A model generated the notes under the pieces. It made no database searches. It had not been told where the DNA came from and worked only from the letters and a program-made list of their open reading frames with translations. The translations under genes were made by a program, and so were the position numbers. DNA of 49,753 nt, the filler included, from Jimgerdemannia flammicorona (lineage: Eukaryota), in the NCBI GenBank assembly GCA_003990765.1. It is 2 parts of 2 records of this genome, joined end to end, with 100 filler letters (N's around TTAATTAATTAA, not from the genome) between each part and the next. Parts side by side here need not be neighbours in the genome. Positions count along the whole stretch, not along the records: positions 24,928 to 49,753 come from RBNJ01000919.1; 1 more part is not named here. One strand, given 5' to 3'. Positions 48,575 to 49,753 of the stretch are shown here, piece by piece. Position 1 is the stretch's first letter. Every line of letters starts with the position of its first letter.

Positions 48575-49500
48575 GTCAACTCAAGCCCTTCGAACACCTG
48601 CAGTACCCACCAAACTGAAATCTTGGCCTGGAAGGATTATTATTCCAATTATGACAAAGAACTCCGTGCCTGCCTCAATACCTTGGGCGTGCCACAGCTG
48701 GAGCTGTGCCTTACCTGGATTCCGCACAGTCAACTCTACGATTTTAACGAGCTTGCCGAAGGCGGGTTCGCCAAAGTTTACCAGGCTATGGTTTATGTGA
48801 ATGGAATATCCAAGGTGGCCGCCAAAGAATTAGAGCCAATAATGGTTGCCGAGGTGAGATAATAAACTTGATATGGGCACTCTTGAACATCAGCCGTGTG
48901 AAATAGTTTATGATTGGTACACCGCTTTGACATATGCCATAAAACTGGCCAGCCGCCTGGCTAGTCTCCATAATAGGGGTTTTAGCCATCAGGATCTCTA
49001 CCCTGGTAACGTGGTATTTCACAAATATCGCACCACGGTCCTAATTGATGTTGGGCTTACCCGGAGTGTGGAGGACACGCACCCTGAGCATGGTGCGTAT
49101 GGTCGGGAAGCATACCTCCCTCCGGAAAGCTTCAAGCAATACACTCTGAAGTCGGACGTCTATTGCTTGGGAACGCTGCTGTGGCAGCTCGTCGGCGTCC
49201 CATCAAGAAGCGTTGCGTCGGTGGCCGTTACCAGCAACCCGGATGGCCTGCACGAGGGGCTGATTCCTGGCGCGCCGGCATCATTCAGTAATGTCATTCA
49301 GAGATAGACCCCGACCGGCGACCGAGTGCTCACGACGAGCTCAAGCAAACTACGGAAGCGCACTCGCAAACGGCGTTTGTCACCCTCTCGAAGCAGCCGA
49401 ATTTTTAAAGGGAATTACATTGGTGACGTTGGGGCCAAGTCTTTGAAACAGAATACAACCTTGACCAAGCTGAAACTTTCCTATATGTCAGAATGTGGGA
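48575..49500 (+). pseudogene. Degenerate TKL-type protein kinase followed by an LRR-like fragment
   Basis: LAEGGFAKVY, VAAK, HQDLYPGN, IDVGL, YLPPE, KSDVYCLG. Premature stop at 49305, subdomains appear missing, then GNYIGDVGAKSLKQNTTLTKLKLS. Confidence 0.7.
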
Positions 49501-49599
49501 AGTATTGTGTGGCTACATGACAGAATTAAGTCAAGTCTCTCATAAGTGTTAATCCTTGATATCTGTTAAATCTTTGACAATCATCAAAACTTTAACATC

Positions 49600-49753
49600 T
49601 TTTTTTTTTTTTTTTTTTTTATAGTCACTTGGACTTCCCTTTATTATGCACTCTCTATAGATAATACATAAATGCCTCCATCCACCTTAACCTATGCCCC
49701 TCGGGTCTCTCTCCCCACCCACCCCACCCCCCTGCCGAAGGACAACCCACCCA
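49600..49753 (-). mobile_element. 3' end of another poly(A)-tailed retroelement running out of the window
   Basis: T21 at 49600-49620, with AATAAA on the minus strand about 20 nt upstream of the tail. Confidence 0.5.

Overview
Eukaryotic DNA, almost certainly fungal; the intron-rich genes and the kinase+LRR relic suggest an early-diverging lineage such as Mucoromycota (inference). An artificial 100-bp spacer (44 N + TTAATTAATTAA + 44 N, 24828-24927) splits the window into two parts that may not be truly adjacent. The left part is dominated by a head-to-tail array of five copies of one ~5.15-kb non-LTR retrotransposon (ORF1 with Zn-ribbon and coiled coil; ORF2 with APE endonuclease, RT and CCHC knuckle; no poly(A)). 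Every copy ends at the same base and runs straight into a short, variable tract of telomeric (CCCTAA)n. Decay increases from left to right, and the rightmost tract caps a truncated older repeat. This looks like a telomere-targeting or telomere-extending APE-type LINE system analogous to SART/TRAS, HeT-A/TART and MoTeR. Also present on the left are a probable hAT transposon end and three copies of a ~1.2-kb non-coding poly(A) retroposon. The right part has three nested L1/Tx1-like LINE remnants with strong C-to-T/G-to-A hypermutation, then ordinary genes: ricin-B lectin, TOM7, ACL4-like TPR chaperone, intronless arylamine N-acetyltransferase, valyl-tRNA synthetase and a kinase pseudogene.
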